64,000 nt of DNA from Octopus vulgaris (lineage: Eukaryota), in the NCBI GenBank assembly GCA_951406725.2, contig OX597821.1, positions 19,158,001-19,222,000 of the forward strand, in the 5' to 3' direction. Every line of letters begins with the position of its first letter. Position 1 is the stretch's first letter. Both the position numbers and the translations under genes were made by a program. The notes under the pieces were generated by a model that was not told the DNA's origin, did no database searches, and saw only the letters and a list, made by a program, of their open reading frames with translations. Positions 26,409 to 40,125 of the stretch are shown here, piece by piece.

Positions 26409-26638
26409 TTGTATGTATGTGTGTATACGTTTGTGTGTCTGTATTCGTTCCCCCAACATCGCTTGACAACCGATGCTGGTGTGTTTACGTCCCCGTAACT
26501 TAGCAGTTTGGCAAAATACACTGATAGAATACGTACTAGTCTTACAAAGAATACGTTCTGGGGTTTATTTGCTCGACTAAAGGCGGTGCTCCAGCATGGT
26601 CACAGTCAAATGACTGAAACAAGTAAAAGTGTAAAAGA
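26206..26638 (+). mobile_element. GGCGCAGGAGTGG-family SINE nested in the mariner
   Basis: Collinear with 24404-24815. Confidence 0.88.
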
Positions 26639-26834
26639 GAGTCAGGGACAGTTTTTGTAGCCATCTCTGTCAGAATAGTTGGTTACTAGGCTGTAACTGT
26701 GGACTGATGCATTGTCCCGGCGGAAGTGCTTTGGTGTTTTGCGACGAAATCTCCCCTCGAACTCCCCGAAAACTTCCACAAAGAACTATTTGTTGACCGT
26801 TTGATTAGAGGCCATTCTCTGGCTGTGGATGATA

Positions 26835-26967
26835 TGTATGTGTGTGTGTGTGTGTGTGTACATATTGATTATCATCGTGAAAGCGTGTGGCCTAGTGGGT
26901 TGGGTGTTGCGCTCATGATCGCTAGATCGCGGGTTTGATTCCTGCACCGTGCGGTGCGTCGTGTTCT
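26835..26967 (+). repeat. Inverted copy of 27647-27780 flanked by a 15-bp direct duplication
   Basis: TGGCTGTGGATGATA at 26820-26834 and 26968-26982. Confidence 0.85.
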
Positions 26968-27619
26968 TGGCTGTGGATGATACCCTAACTGTGAAAAAAT
27001 GGGGTTTATTATGAGCTTCTTAGTGGACTTGCTTTGCCTGGTTTTTGTGCTAATAAAAAAAACAGATGCTGTGTTCATTAGTTAATCTATACGCAGTCTA
27101 GCTCATTTCACACTTTTCTATAGCGTTTTTGTCTAGTTTAGCACAAACCTCTACTGCATAGCAAGCTTCCATGTTGCCTTCACGTCCGGGCTGTATTCTG
27201 CAAACTGGTCAGGCGTTACAAGCAATGTTTAGTAGTGTGTAATGAACGTACTGTGACGGCCGTCTGCTTTAACCTGGAATGTCAAATGTTTGGGGGTGAG
27301 AATATTAGTTGAATAGCAATGATACACAAAAATTAATATAACCTGGGACTGTTGTAATTGCTTCTAAAAAGTCTCAAAACTTCTGGAATGCACCTCGTGT
27401 ATATATGTGTATGTATGTGTGTACGAATATTATATAAATGATTTCTTGAGATATGATGGGGATGTGATGGACTCTCTCGTCGACGACGGACCTGCACAAA
27501 TGATTTGTTTATAGAGATCAAATGTAAGTGCTGTACATTAGCTCACTCTCTCTACATCAAATCGAGTTTAACTGTAGAGGTGCATAAGTGCCACGGCTCA
27601 GAGTTCGAACTGATGGCAC

Positions 27620-27740
27620 AGCAACACGAAATGGAGTGTTTTGCTCAAGTACACGACGCACCGCACGGTGCAGGAATCAAACCCGCGGTCTAGCGATCAT
27701 GAGTGCAACACCCAACTCACTAGGCCACACGCCTTCACGA
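27620..27740 (-). mobile_element. Partial tRNA-SINE (core 2 head)
   Basis: Matches 59150-59268. Confidence 0.75.
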
Positions 27741-27788
27741 TGATAATCAATATGTACACACACACAAACACACACACAGATATATATA

Positions 27789-27819
<31 letters not shown>

Positions 27820-28565
27820 GTTAATACACATATACGTATATATATATGCCTAGACACGTAGAGGCACATAAACGCATACGTACATATATAAATGTTTATC
27901 TCTGTTAGTATGTATATCCACATATAATAATTTTCTATGTAACTCATACGCGCCAGTTGATTGTTGTCTCTTTGTGCAGTATATCTAAGGTTTTTTTATC
28001 TGTATAAGCATGTAATTTATCACGGCAGTTGTCTGTATGTATATGTGCATTCGATGAATCCTGGATGCATTTCTATGGGAAACGAATTTCTCTGTGCGTA
28101 TATTTACGTAATACATACGCCAGTTCATAGATTGCTTATCTCATATAAAATATACTAACCCCTATTTTGCTATTAAAATGTTATGCATCTGGCGCCCTTG
28201 GTTATTCCCCTGCAACAGTCATTTGTGTAAGTTATAGCGCAACTCAGTATTTATTAATACAAAAAACATACATCCTATTCGCTTTTAGATTTTCTTGTAA
28301 ATCTCATATCTGCATCGCTGACAGAGTGTAATAATATCAAAACATGCCATGGTTTGCCACCGAGATTCAAAAGATCTGAATCTATACTATATTTTAATAA
28401 TTGTAATTTTAAAATTATGGTTTGTCTTTCATACCGAATTTTTAGCTTATAGTCTGTCCTTATCCAGTAATGGAAACATCTTGATTTATTGCATCAAGAA
28501 TTTTAGCTGCCATGTTACATTTATTTATAACTATAGTCAGTTGCATTACTATATATACAGTGTGT

Positions 28566-28600
<35 letters not shown>

Positions 28601-28604
<4 letters not shown>

Positions 28605-28710
28605 TGGCTGTGTGGTTCAGTCCCACTGCATGGCACCTTTGGTCTTCTACTATAGCCGAACAAAACCTTGTGAGTAGATTTCGTAGACAGAAACTAGAAG
28701 AAGCCCGTCG

Positions 28711-28803
<93 letters not shown>

Positions 28804-28935
28804 TTGTATGTGTGTCTTTATATATGTGTGTGTCCTCCATCACCGCGAGACAACTAGTGCTGGTATGTTTACATAAGAGTAACTTAGTGGTTCGGCAAAA
28901 GGCGCCGACAGAATAAATACCAAGCTTAAAATATA
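28601..28935 (+). mobile_element. Degenerate GGCGCAGGAGTGG-family SINE with expanded internal microsatellite
   Basis: GGTTCAGTCCCACTG..GAAGAAGCCCGTCG..GGTTCGGCAAAAGG. Confidence 0.8.
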
Positions 28936-29329
28936 AGCACTGTGTGTGTTTATATATATATATGCACATACACACAGGCACACACACACACACACACGCA
29001 CACTCACAAATACACATTTACACACACATGGTAAATTTTCTACAATCCGACATTCAAATATTGAAATAACCGGAATTCTCAAACAACCGGCACCCTAAGG
29101 AAAAAAATCTAAAATACGTTGTTAAATAGAGACAAGATTGTTTCTATTGTATCTGAAATAGATCGTTGCCTCTCGATGTAAAGTATATTTTGTTATTGTA
29201 TTTCCTGTGCGAGTAGGGTATAAGGGAAATAAAAATTGTTTTTGATTTAATCCATTTTTTGTGTGTCTCCATTTCTCTCATACTATATTCAGAAGATTAC
29301 TTTTAATACTCATGTATAGGTAGAAATTG

Positions 29330-29620
29330 TGAAAGCGTGTTGCTTATTGGGTTAGGGCATTCGGTTTATGATTATAAGGTCATGATTTCAACTCACAGCG
29401 ACTTCTTGAGCAAGCAGCGTGTTCTTGAGCAAGGCACTTTATCTCACCTTGCTCCTGTCCCAGCCATGTCACATACTATGTCACGTTGAATGTCCCTGAA
29501 AACTTCGTTAAGGGTACACGTGTCTGTGGAGTACTCAGCCATATGCACGTTAACTTCACGCGTAGGTTGTTCCGTTGATCGGATCAACTGGAACCCTCGT
29601 TGTGAGCGACGGAGTGGCAG
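29330..29620 (+). mobile_element. Degenerate tRNA-SINE (core 2 + tail A)
   Basis: GTGTTCTTGAGCAAGGCACTTTAT core; tail GGGTACACGTGTCTGTGGAG..GGATCAACTGGAACCCTCG as in 8856. Confidence 0.8.
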
Positions 29621-30321
29621 TTTAGTTTGACATAAGAAGTTTAATGAGTGATCTAAGGTGCTACGGTAATTTAAATAGTACTGATCAAATATCCGGAAAA
29701 TTCTGCAACCCTCCGGTACCCAGGTGTGCCTGATAAAGGGTAGTTTATTGCAAAGCTACATATATTAATTGGGTCTAGTTGCAAATGTACATTTGTATAT
29801 GAGAAAATGTACGTTAAGGAGTTTTTAATCATACATGTAATTTCTAAAACAGTCCTTCTTTTGAACAAATCCAGGTATCTTATCTCTATGCACGAATCAT
29901 TGCCAAGACGAGAAATTACGTGATCAACAATGAAATGAAATATACTTTCAGTTACTTGAAAACATTCAAAGAAATAAGTTCTTCATAATGATTAATTCAT
30001 GATGTTGGTCTGAGATAAACTTATTGCTCGTGCAAACAGCACAGCGTGTTGTCTGACGCTCTAATTACATCGTGGCAAAGAGATATTTTAAATGAAAATT
30101 ACGTAGTTGTAACCAACTGTATAATATCGATTGCATTTTACAAGAACGACATCTAGAAACGAAAAATTCAACAAATTTAGCATTCCTCAAAGCAAGATCT
30201 TTTTTTTTATTGTCAAATGTAGTTTTGAAACTGGCAAACTTACTAAATATTTTACTTTGTGAAAGCATTTTTCACTGTCTAATACTCTCTCTACCTAAAA
30301 ATATATGTATGCGTGCATATG

Positions 30322-30388
<67 letters not shown>

Positions 30389-30497
30389 ATATGTATGCAT
30401 ATATATATGTGTGTGTGTGTGTATAATATGTATGCATATATACATACATCTTTGTAGAATTTATTTATATACATATATATACGTATGTGTATGTATG

Positions 30498-30569
<72 letters not shown>

Positions 30570-30570
<1 letters not shown>

Positions 30571-30776
30571 CACATCTCCGGCAGCGGGTAGTGACTATCC
30601 CTGCTGTACTCTTTCGCCACAACTTTCTCTCACTTTTTCTTCTGTTGGCCTGCTCGCTTAGCCAGCGGGGTGGCGTCATTTGAAGGCTAAAACAATGCGA
30701 AGTGCATTGTTACCAGCGATGTGTAGCAACATCTGATACCGTGGTCGGTCACGGTGATCACGGTGATATATATACA
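30570..30776 (+). mobile_element. SINE fragment (core 1 + tail B) ending in (CACGGTGAT)2
   Basis: Reverse complement of 9973-10137. Confidence 0.8.
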
Positions 30777-31337
30777 TACATATACATATACATGCACATG
30801 AATACTGAAAAGGCCAGACGAAAAAATGGAAATAACGGTATTAGTTAACTTTATTAAAGCCTTCAATTGTTTCAATAGCCAGTGAAATCATTTCATCAAG
30901 TTATTCGTTGAAATCATGTTACTTACATAGACAGAGCAGTAATTAATTAATGTATGAAGTTACTGCCTGGCATCTCGTCAGACGCTACTTGGGTACATTA
31001 AAACGTGTTCTATGCCTTTTACGCAGTCCAGCTTGATTGTTTTTGTTATTATTGTATAAATTGGTATGGTCGGTTCACTTACAATTTATAAGATGGCCAA
31101 TGATTATTAAAACTATATTACTAGGTTTTGTCACACATGCTTATTTGATGTCTAATTTACGAATTTTTCAGATATCGGTGGTTTCAGGGGTAACCAAGAA
31201 GCCATTTAAATGAGGAAGTTCATTTTTTTCGTCTGGCCTTTCAGTATTCATGTGCATGTATATGTATATGTATGTATATATATCACCGTGATCACCGTGA
31301 CTGACTAGGGTATCAGATGTTGCTACACATCGCTGGT
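30712..31337. repeat. Inverted repeat 30712-30828 / 31221-31337
   Basis: Arms include the SINE tail, a microsatellite and a unique ATACTGAAA(A)GGCCAGACG segment. Confidence 0.85.
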
Positions 31338-32379
31338 CAAAATGCGCTTAGTCTTCCTGTACGAAACCTCTACAAACTCAAATGACGCCGGAAGTTTATC
31401 AAACGCTGGTGTTTTGTCTCGGTGTTCGATCTCAGTCAGCTGCCATATGAGTAGTTAACCATGATGTTACGGCAATTGAAGTGTTTATCGTTCCTATTAA
31501 TTTCTACAAAATTCTGAGGGTGAGTTTGTGTGCTTATTACTATGTACACACGATATATATGTAGTTATTAAGAAGCACAAGCCGATTATCTTATTGAAAA
31601 ACATTGATATGCATATGCAAAAAAGCAAACAAACGAACAAAAAGAATAAAGGTCTTTCCCGTGTCATATAGACCCATTCAAACGGTTTTCCGGTTTTCGT
31701 TGTGTAGATACTTACGCTCTGGATGTAACTCAAGTCCGTTGTAGGATTTCTAGTTTTTGCCACCTGAGCGAACCGGAACAGCATGAAATGAAATATTTTG
31801 CTTGCGAAAACAACGCATAGGTAGGTCAAAGAACCGAAACTACAATCTTGTGATCATGAGTCCAACATCCCTTACCACTAAGCCACTCCCTCCACGCATA
31901 TGCGGAGCACGTATGTATATAATATTTGATTGAACTCTGTACTCCTACGTCATTTGCACATGAGAATTATTTTTCTTAGATATTATTTTTATACGTTATA
32001 CTCGCATAAGCCGAAATTCTATAACTCTATTCTATCCTTAAAAAGTGATCGTTGAAATATTTACACCAAGAAAGGCATTGTTACATTAAATTAGCTGCAC
32101 TTATAGTTGTCTAAGAAGTAAATAGTTGCTTCGTCAAGCATACGATACGATTTCGATTCTCAGCCGAAACATGCCTATGTTGCCGTAGTAAATAAAAAAG
32201 AGAGCATAAACGTAACGCCATGCATACATTTTCCTCGGTGAAATAATATTCTTTTATGCAAAGAAATGAGACAATTGAAAGGAAAATTAATATGAGGTTT
32301 CACCTGATGCTAAAATATTGTTATATAAGTATTTCATTTAAATGTCTTTTATTCCCTTCACCTATTGCATTTTCATCTT

Positions 32380-32494
32380 CACTACCACCACCACCACCAT
32401 CACAACCACCACCATCACAACCACCACCACCAGCATACACTGCAGCTCTTGCGCCTCCTCCCCTCCACCTCATCATCATCATCATAGTCATCAT

Positions 32495-32538
<44 letters not shown>

Positions 32539-32775
32539 ATACTACTACTACTACAATGACAACAACAAATTGCAGTAGCAGCAGTAGTAGTAACATCAGC
32601 AGTAGTAGTAACAGCAGCAGTAGCAGAAGTAGTAGTAGTTTTAGCATTAATAACTGCCATGGCTACAAATAGCAGAAACTATCTGAAACCAAAGAGAAAC
32701 ACGTTCTAAAAATTCTTATATATGTTTAATTGAAATCATCATCATCATCATCATTATTATTATTATTATTATTAC

Positions 32776-32830
<55 letters not shown>

Positions 32831-32909
32831 GTTGTTATTATTATTAATGTTATTATTGTTATTATTATTATTATTACTATTATTATTATTATTATTACTA
32901 TCATCATCA

Positions 32910-32954
<45 letters not shown>

Positions 32955-32955
32955 G
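32380..32955. repeat. Compound trinucleotide microsatellites (ACC, ATC, ACT, AGT, ATT)
   Basis: Read directly. Confidence 0.9.
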
Positions 32956-33378
32956 CAATTTTCTTTTTTTTTTATTTTGGTATTTTCTTGTTCAGGAGAA
33001 ATATTACAAAACTATTTAGATAACAATTTCTTCGTCTGTTGATCTATAACGGCACGAAACGCCATTAATGGATTCATACAGCTAGATTTTCAGTTAGACA
33101 TTAGCCACTAGAGAGGTTACGCTCTTTTACTATATATGAGTAAGCCATGAACGTGGAAAGCTAAATGATGCTTAGCCAGTTCTTTTAAAATGCTTTTAAG
33201 TAAATATCCCTCCTAATGCTAAACTATATTGCTCAATTACAAACCAATTCTATCGTCTATCTATTGATATTACAGTTCGATATACGACATTGAGAAAGTA
33301 TTGAAAATCATAAATGGCTTCCATTTAATCAGTTTAGAAATATTCGATCGATGACGGAGTGCATGCGTGTGTGAATCA

Positions 33379-33412
<34 letters not shown>

Positions 33413-34043
33413 ATATCTGTGTGTATGTCTGTGTGTAGAACATTTCAAATGGGAGTAACACGTAAAGAGAGGATTAACAAGTTATGCCTGAGTGATTCGT
33501 TATTTCACTCATAGATAAAACCTTTTCAACTGACGAACATTTCATGCTACATTATATACGAATATTCTACAATCAATATGAGCGCACCAGCTACGATGGA
33601 AATATTTATTCGTTGTGATAATGGCCGGTGTGTTATATGCACACGCATAACTTCACACGTACACACTTACACGCATACACATGCATACAAGTAGACAAAA
33701 ATAGTTATTCATGTGTGTGTATATATATATATATATATATGTACATATATTTACACACATGCATATATATACAACCACATACATGCATGTGTGTGCGTGT
33801 ATATATACAAATACGTATATGTGTGTGTGCTCGTATATATATATATATTTATAGATTCCCGGAACATACGTATTTTATATGCATATATATATATACATAT
33901 ATATATATATGAGATTATACAAATGCTTAATCGTATACATGCATATGTACGCCCACGTCTTACACACACATATGTACACACACATATATACATAGATATA
34001 GATATATTCACATATATGACGTATACACATCCTTTATACACAA

Positions 34044-34102
<59 letters not shown>

Positions 34103-34640
34103 CATATATATTCACCTATATGAGAAAATCATATATTCATAAAAAAAAGAAACACTAACATTTACAGATACACCTAAATTACCAACCAAACAAACGCGCA
34201 TGCGCATATCCGATCAGGTTTATATATAAATATGGTGAAGTAAAATGGCACCAGATGTAATCAGAGCCGAAATTTCGTCAGCCATTATATAAGTGATGCG
34301 GTTTCGTTCCATTGGACTAATAATAACAACATTACAAGATTTATATTTATCAGTTATATCGTCTTTTCTAAAAAAAAAACAAAACAAAACAAAACTGACC
34401 ATACAAATTATCAACAAACATACAAAGTAAATATATTGAAGTTATAAATAATGGAAAAGACGAACATAATTTTCTGAGGATAGACATTAGATTGATGCGT
34501 AAAATGTTCAACGACTCGAGAAAATTTGACTGCGTTGTAAAACAACAACCCCTCTTCAAATTAGAATTTGAACGACACTCGACGCATACAAAAGTTCCGT
34601 CCTCCCCAGCAAAGTAGCCAACACATGTTGTAAGCGTTAC

Positions 34641-34724
34641 CATTTTCTTCTGAGGAGTCCATGCCATCATAATATACAGCATGTCACGGTCTAAAGCCTG
34701 GAGTAGTTCATCACTGTTCATGGT
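34641..34724 (-). CDS. Possible 84-nt host-gene exon (TMNSDELLQALDRDMLYIMMAWTPQKKM)
   Basis: CTAAC..TTCAG acceptor and ATG|GTAACG donor on the minus strand; one open frame; non-repetitive; no recognised homology. Confidence 0.25.
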
Positions 34725-37155
34725 CTGAATGTAGTTAGTTTCTTTCCGAGAGGAATTGCATGCGTGCATGTATGTGTGTGTGTGTGTTTGTGTGTATGAG
34801 AGAGAGAGAGAGAGGGGTGAGGGTGAGAATGGGATAAAATGGAGAAGGAGAGAGCGATATAAAAGAGAAAGGAAGAAGAATCGATTCTAGCGTTAGATTA
34901 ATCTTTAAAGACTCTGAAATGATGAAAGTGTTGTCCTTCGCTTTATTGGAACTCAAAGTTTAGGAACCGGACTAATACAGTAAAGCATTTGTTTGACCAC
35001 TCTAACGAATCTACAAATCGACCAAATCATATAAATAAGCAAAACACAATATGAATAAAACGTACAAAGCATAGGCGAGCACTAAAAACACTGAACTGTT
35101 GACTAGTTGACTAATAATGATTGAAGTGGAATAGAACCAGCGCTTAGCTGTGTTTTTTATTGACATAACGACCCTCCCAAGATATGTAAAACGTTTTGAC
35201 AATATTATCCACAAAATGATAAAGAAAAACCAGGTACCGTATTCTACACTCTTTTCAAGATAATTTTATGGCCGCAACAAACCGGCTATTATTATCTATG
35301 AGCAATTCGGCCATCTTAGAAATAAATCATGCAAACATTATCAAACTTAAAATGTGTTTTGCAAATGTCTATCTGTATATCAAGGTTTGAAGTTGTTCAA
35401 TTCCTTTATCACTGAACGTAAGTTTGTCTTTTAAAATGTTAAAAAATTTCTGACTCATCCAAGTCCGTATGTCTTTCAGGAGTCGATTTTTCTTGAGTTC
35501 TTGAAGTATGCTTCTTTGAAATTCATTTCTGGGTTTTCTCGCGCTTTCTTTTCTTCATATCTTTTTTTATATGTCGAAAACTTTCTCTGTTCAGCTGGTG
35601 ATTTTTCTTATTCTGACAGCAGCTCATTCAATGACAGTAATTCACTTTCTGGGTAAATATAAACATCCTCAAAACGACTCCGTTTACTATTCAGTTAAAG
35701 ATATAGCATATAACAGCTCACTACATGAAGATAATGAACTACTATATGATCATGCCTTGCGGCATTTTCTCACAATTTACTGACCAGGAAGTATTTATTG
35801 ATCATTAATTTGTCAGCAAATATTTTAGAAATTATTTAGTTACATTTTTCCAGGTTTTTCATAAAGGCTCAAAGGATCGCAGTATAAGATTGCAGTATAA
35901 TTTGAAAAAAAAGGATCTGTATTACTAAAACCACAGAAAACCCTATTAATTAGAGTCATAAACAAACTTGCTTTGTAATTTGTTGAAAGGCTTGAATGTT
36001 AGTGAAAGTTGAATTTCCATGCTACTATAACTTCAAGCAATTTATCGATAAGGTTTGAAAATTAGGTACAACTAAAACTATAAAACTATAAAATTGTCTG
36101 ATTGGTGACGTTTCCCGACAGTGATGCTCTCATAACCAGGCGTCATATTCATTAGAACGAAGATTTACACACAGAAATAGTCCATAGAAACAATGAAAAG
36201 AAAACGGTTTAATTTGAAGGACGTCTCTTTATAAATTCAATTTCACTGTTGATATATGGAAGAGGCTGCCGTATTAAGGGCAAAGAATATTCTTTCATGC
36301 TTTGATAATTTCAATTTTTCTAAGATACTCGCTCGTAACAAAGATATAGTTAAAGATATATAAAAGAAACAATAGCGTATCTATTCATTCTTGCTGTTTT
36401 TCCTCACTGAGGAACAAATCATTCTTTAGATGATGTGTATTCATAGCACACATGATTCCCCAGTTCACCGGTGTAAGGGGACTTCGAAACAGCGCGGTGT
36501 TTTGAGCTCGTTGTGTGCCTACTCATACGTATTTGCATGTTGTACTATTGCTTCAAGGAAGGCTGTGTTCTCCAATGGCGAAAAACAACAGCAATCACAT
36601 GTTCACGTCCGAATCTGTCAGAACTTATTAAGGATGAATAATTACGTTATTATTTGTATTCACTCTGTTTTGCGTTGAGTCCCGTGTGGAAGAAATCTGC
36701 ATGATTCAGCAAATAATTTAATTGTTGTTTTCTGTAAACATGAGCTCGTGCTCTCGTGAGATTCACCAAACCGTTAAGTTCTTCCAACTGAAGACGCACA
36801 CATCGAGATCTAAATATCACAGTGTCTCGAAGTCTCCTAACAACGCTGAATTAAGTGTGTTATGAACCCGCATTAACTTAGCGAACAACTTGTTCTCAGG
36901 TGGCGACAACCCATAGCGATCAGGTATTCAGGTTTGAATCTACCAAAAGGTAGTTGTTTAGAATTCACTCTGTCCAGGCAGTAACCCTTGGTTAATAAAA
37001 AGAAAGAAGTGTGACAACATATAGAGTATAAAATAATATATATTATTTGAATGCAAAACGATTTATAAATTCCCTCGTGTATACATGTATATTTATCTAT
37101 ATTACACTGATACTCACAACACACATATACACGTACACAATGACACGCCAGCATA

Positions 37156-37555
37156 TCTATTATATAAAATACTTTCTGTCTGTCTGTGGGTGTGTCTTCT
37201 AGGATCTCGGGCATCCTCCATCCGATTGCGCTCAATTTTGATTTGTAGATACCGACAGTATCAGGGCGTGTATAAGTCTTGAAAAAATTCCAAAAATCGA
37301 TTCCAGGTGAGAATACGATCTATAAAGCCGTGGGAACGTGCATTTGTACGCACAAGTACATCAGCATTGGTGATCGATACTACGCGAGAAAAAGTATATC
37401 TTTATTTCTTCTTTTGCTGGTGCCTCAAATTTAAGTTAAATCAGTGTTTCTCAAAGGGGAGGCCTATGGGACGGTCGGACAAGTTGTTTTGAGAAAATTT
37501 GGTTTAAATGTTTGACAACTCAGCACCGTCCATTGGACGGGAAGCGTTTTGCTCG
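37156..37555 (+). mobile_element. Non-autonomous Helitron-like element
   Basis: 5' A|TCTATTATATAAAA..GTCTGTCTGT..CATCCGATT; 3' hairpin CCGTCC-ATT-GGACGG then CTCG|T (CTAG variant). Confidence 0.6.
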
Positions 37556-37618
<63 letters not shown>

Positions 37619-38209
37619 TTTGTAACGTCTTTACAAAAGTGCACGACATATAAGGGTGAGATATTTCTTATAAGGCTTTTGATGAACTGAGTGTAGAGAA
37701 AAGTTACGTAAAATAGGATTTTACACAGTCATTATGTAAATTTCACTGAAATACATGTAAACATCACGCGCACACACACATCTACATAGAAACAAACATA
37801 TATGCTTACATTCACACAAACGTACATATGGGAGTATGTGCGCGTATATGTGTGTGTGTGCGTGTGCATGTATGTTTTATTTTTGTACTACCTGTTAATC
37901 TCTCTAACAGAATGTATATTTCTCTATATTTCTACATATTTCTTCATCTACATTTTCATGGCCCTCTTCTCATCAAATGCCTTTAAAAGTTCATTTCTTA
38001 CACTGGCGATCCTTGTTATATGCCATTTGTTAACTCGTAATTTCTTTTGATCCAAGGAAATTCTACATTCCTCAAGATTGAATCTAATAAGCTCTTACGA
38101 AACTATATATATATGTATATGTAGTAAAACTGAACTAGCAGCACCAACATCATTGCAATCTCAAAGATCAGTAATACTATACCATTCACAAACAATACTA
38201 ACACCACAT

Positions 38210-40125
38210 AGCCTCCTGCACAATATTACCAACAACAACAACAACAACAATCAACAACACTATCATCATTGTCAATACCGATACACATACCACTAAACTT
38301 TCAACCACCACCACCACCACCACCACCACCACCACCACCACCGAACCCTCCACCACCACCACTACCACCATCAACACCATATTCATCACCAGCAGCAGCA
38401 GTATCACCACCACCACCACCACCACCACCACCACCACCACCACCACCACCATGATACATAATATTAAGCATTCGCGGGTAACATATGTGTAAATATCAAC
38501 AGGACCAGTTCTAAACTCATTAACACTACAAAGCAAATATACTAGTGCCAATCTCACAAAGATCCCCTCCGCGGCCACCCACAAAATACATCAACACTGC
38601 TTTACGCTTAATACAGATCATACACCACAACCACCCTGGCAACACCGCCTCCACCAAAAAGTCATCGACATCACCATTTTTAAAAAGTTTTGACATACTA
38701 CCATGTTAGGGTTAGGTTTAGGGTTGGGGTTAGGATTAGGATTTTTAAAATGTGTCGATGCACTACCATGTTAGGTTTAGCGTTATTCTTTACGCCGCTA
38801 CCTCCAATACTACCCGCAACCACCATCGCCACCAACACCACACCGCCGCCGCCGCCACCACCGCCGCCGCCGCCGCCACCACCGCCGCCGCCACCACCAC
38901 CACCACCGCCACCACCACCACCACCACCACCACCACCACCACCACCACCACAACCACCACCACCACCACTAACATCCGCATCCCAAGCAGCAATACCAGT
39001 ACTATCAAATAAGCAACAGGACTATTTTCATACCCAGGAGACAACTACCACTCCCACTACCGCCGCCGTCACCACCGTTACAACCACCACCACAGCAACC
39101 AACGCTACCACTACCACCACCACCACCACCACCACCACCACCACCACCATCACCACCAGCACCACCACAAGTAACGTCACCAACTGCAGGCGCTACCCCC
39201 AAACAAATCAACATCATTTATATATATCCCAGATATACACCACCACTACCAACACCACTATTAACATTAATGCTACAGGCACAAAGGCTACCTCCAAACA
39301 AATAAACACCACCATTCATAGATATATTCCAGACGTATATCACGACGGTCAACGCCACCACGGCCACCTCTATCTACAATAAACAACCTCTGCAACCTTT
39401 GCAACCATCCACAAAATATCAACATGATCGTTTTCCGATCCAAGATAAAGCTAGAATTCTCACAAACACCAACACCAACACCTTTGCTATGAAAATATCA
39501 GCACAATCATCGTCATATCGCAGACCCATGTATCGCAACCACCACCACCACTGCCGCCGCCGCCACCACCACTACCCCATCACCACCGCCGCCGCCGCCG
39601 CCACCACCACTACCACCACCACCACCAACAACAACAGCAACAAAGCAACCAAAACCACCACCACCACCACCACCACAAACAAAACCAACAAAACCACCAC
39701 CACCACCATCACCACCACCACCACCCACCACCATCACTACCATCACCACCACCACCACCATCACTACCATCACAACCACCACCACCACCACCACAAACAA
39801 AACCACCACCATCACTACCATCACAACCACCACCACCACCACCATCACCCTACCACCACCACCACCATCACCCTACCACCACCACCAACAACAACAACAA
39901 CAACAACAACAACAACCAACCAAAACCACCACCACCACCACCACCACAAACAAAACAAACAAAACCACCAAAACCACCACCACCACCACCACCATCACCA
40001 CCACCACCACCCACCACCATCACTACCAACACCACCACCACCATCACTACCATCACTACCACCACCCACCACCACCACCACCACCACCACCACCACCACC
40101 ACCACCACCACCACCACCACAATCA
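38210..40125. repeat. (ACC)n/(GCC)n/(AAC)n low-complexity field
   Basis: Read directly; the poly-P, poly-T and poly-H ORFs arise from it. Confidence 0.85.

Larger units (their letters stand above)
25949..27401 (-). mobile_element. Decayed mariner (Tc1/mariner) DNA transposon with both TIRs, interrupted by two insertions
   Basis: TIRs TATACGGTGCATTTCAGAAGTTTTAAGACTTTT and rc TACACGAGGTGCATTCCAGAAGTTTTGAGACTTTT; minus-strand remnants YAVEVCAKLDKNA, HFRRDNASVH, PPYNSYL..LFAKLK, YDKGIKIRG. Confidence 0.75.

Noticed and set aside
29027-29751. pogo/Tigger-like MITE
   Set aside because: The putative TIRs are too degenerate to support by eye.
36380-36990. Non-repetitive, moderately GC-rich stretch as an exon
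   Set aside because: No recognisable protein motif or convincing splice pair.
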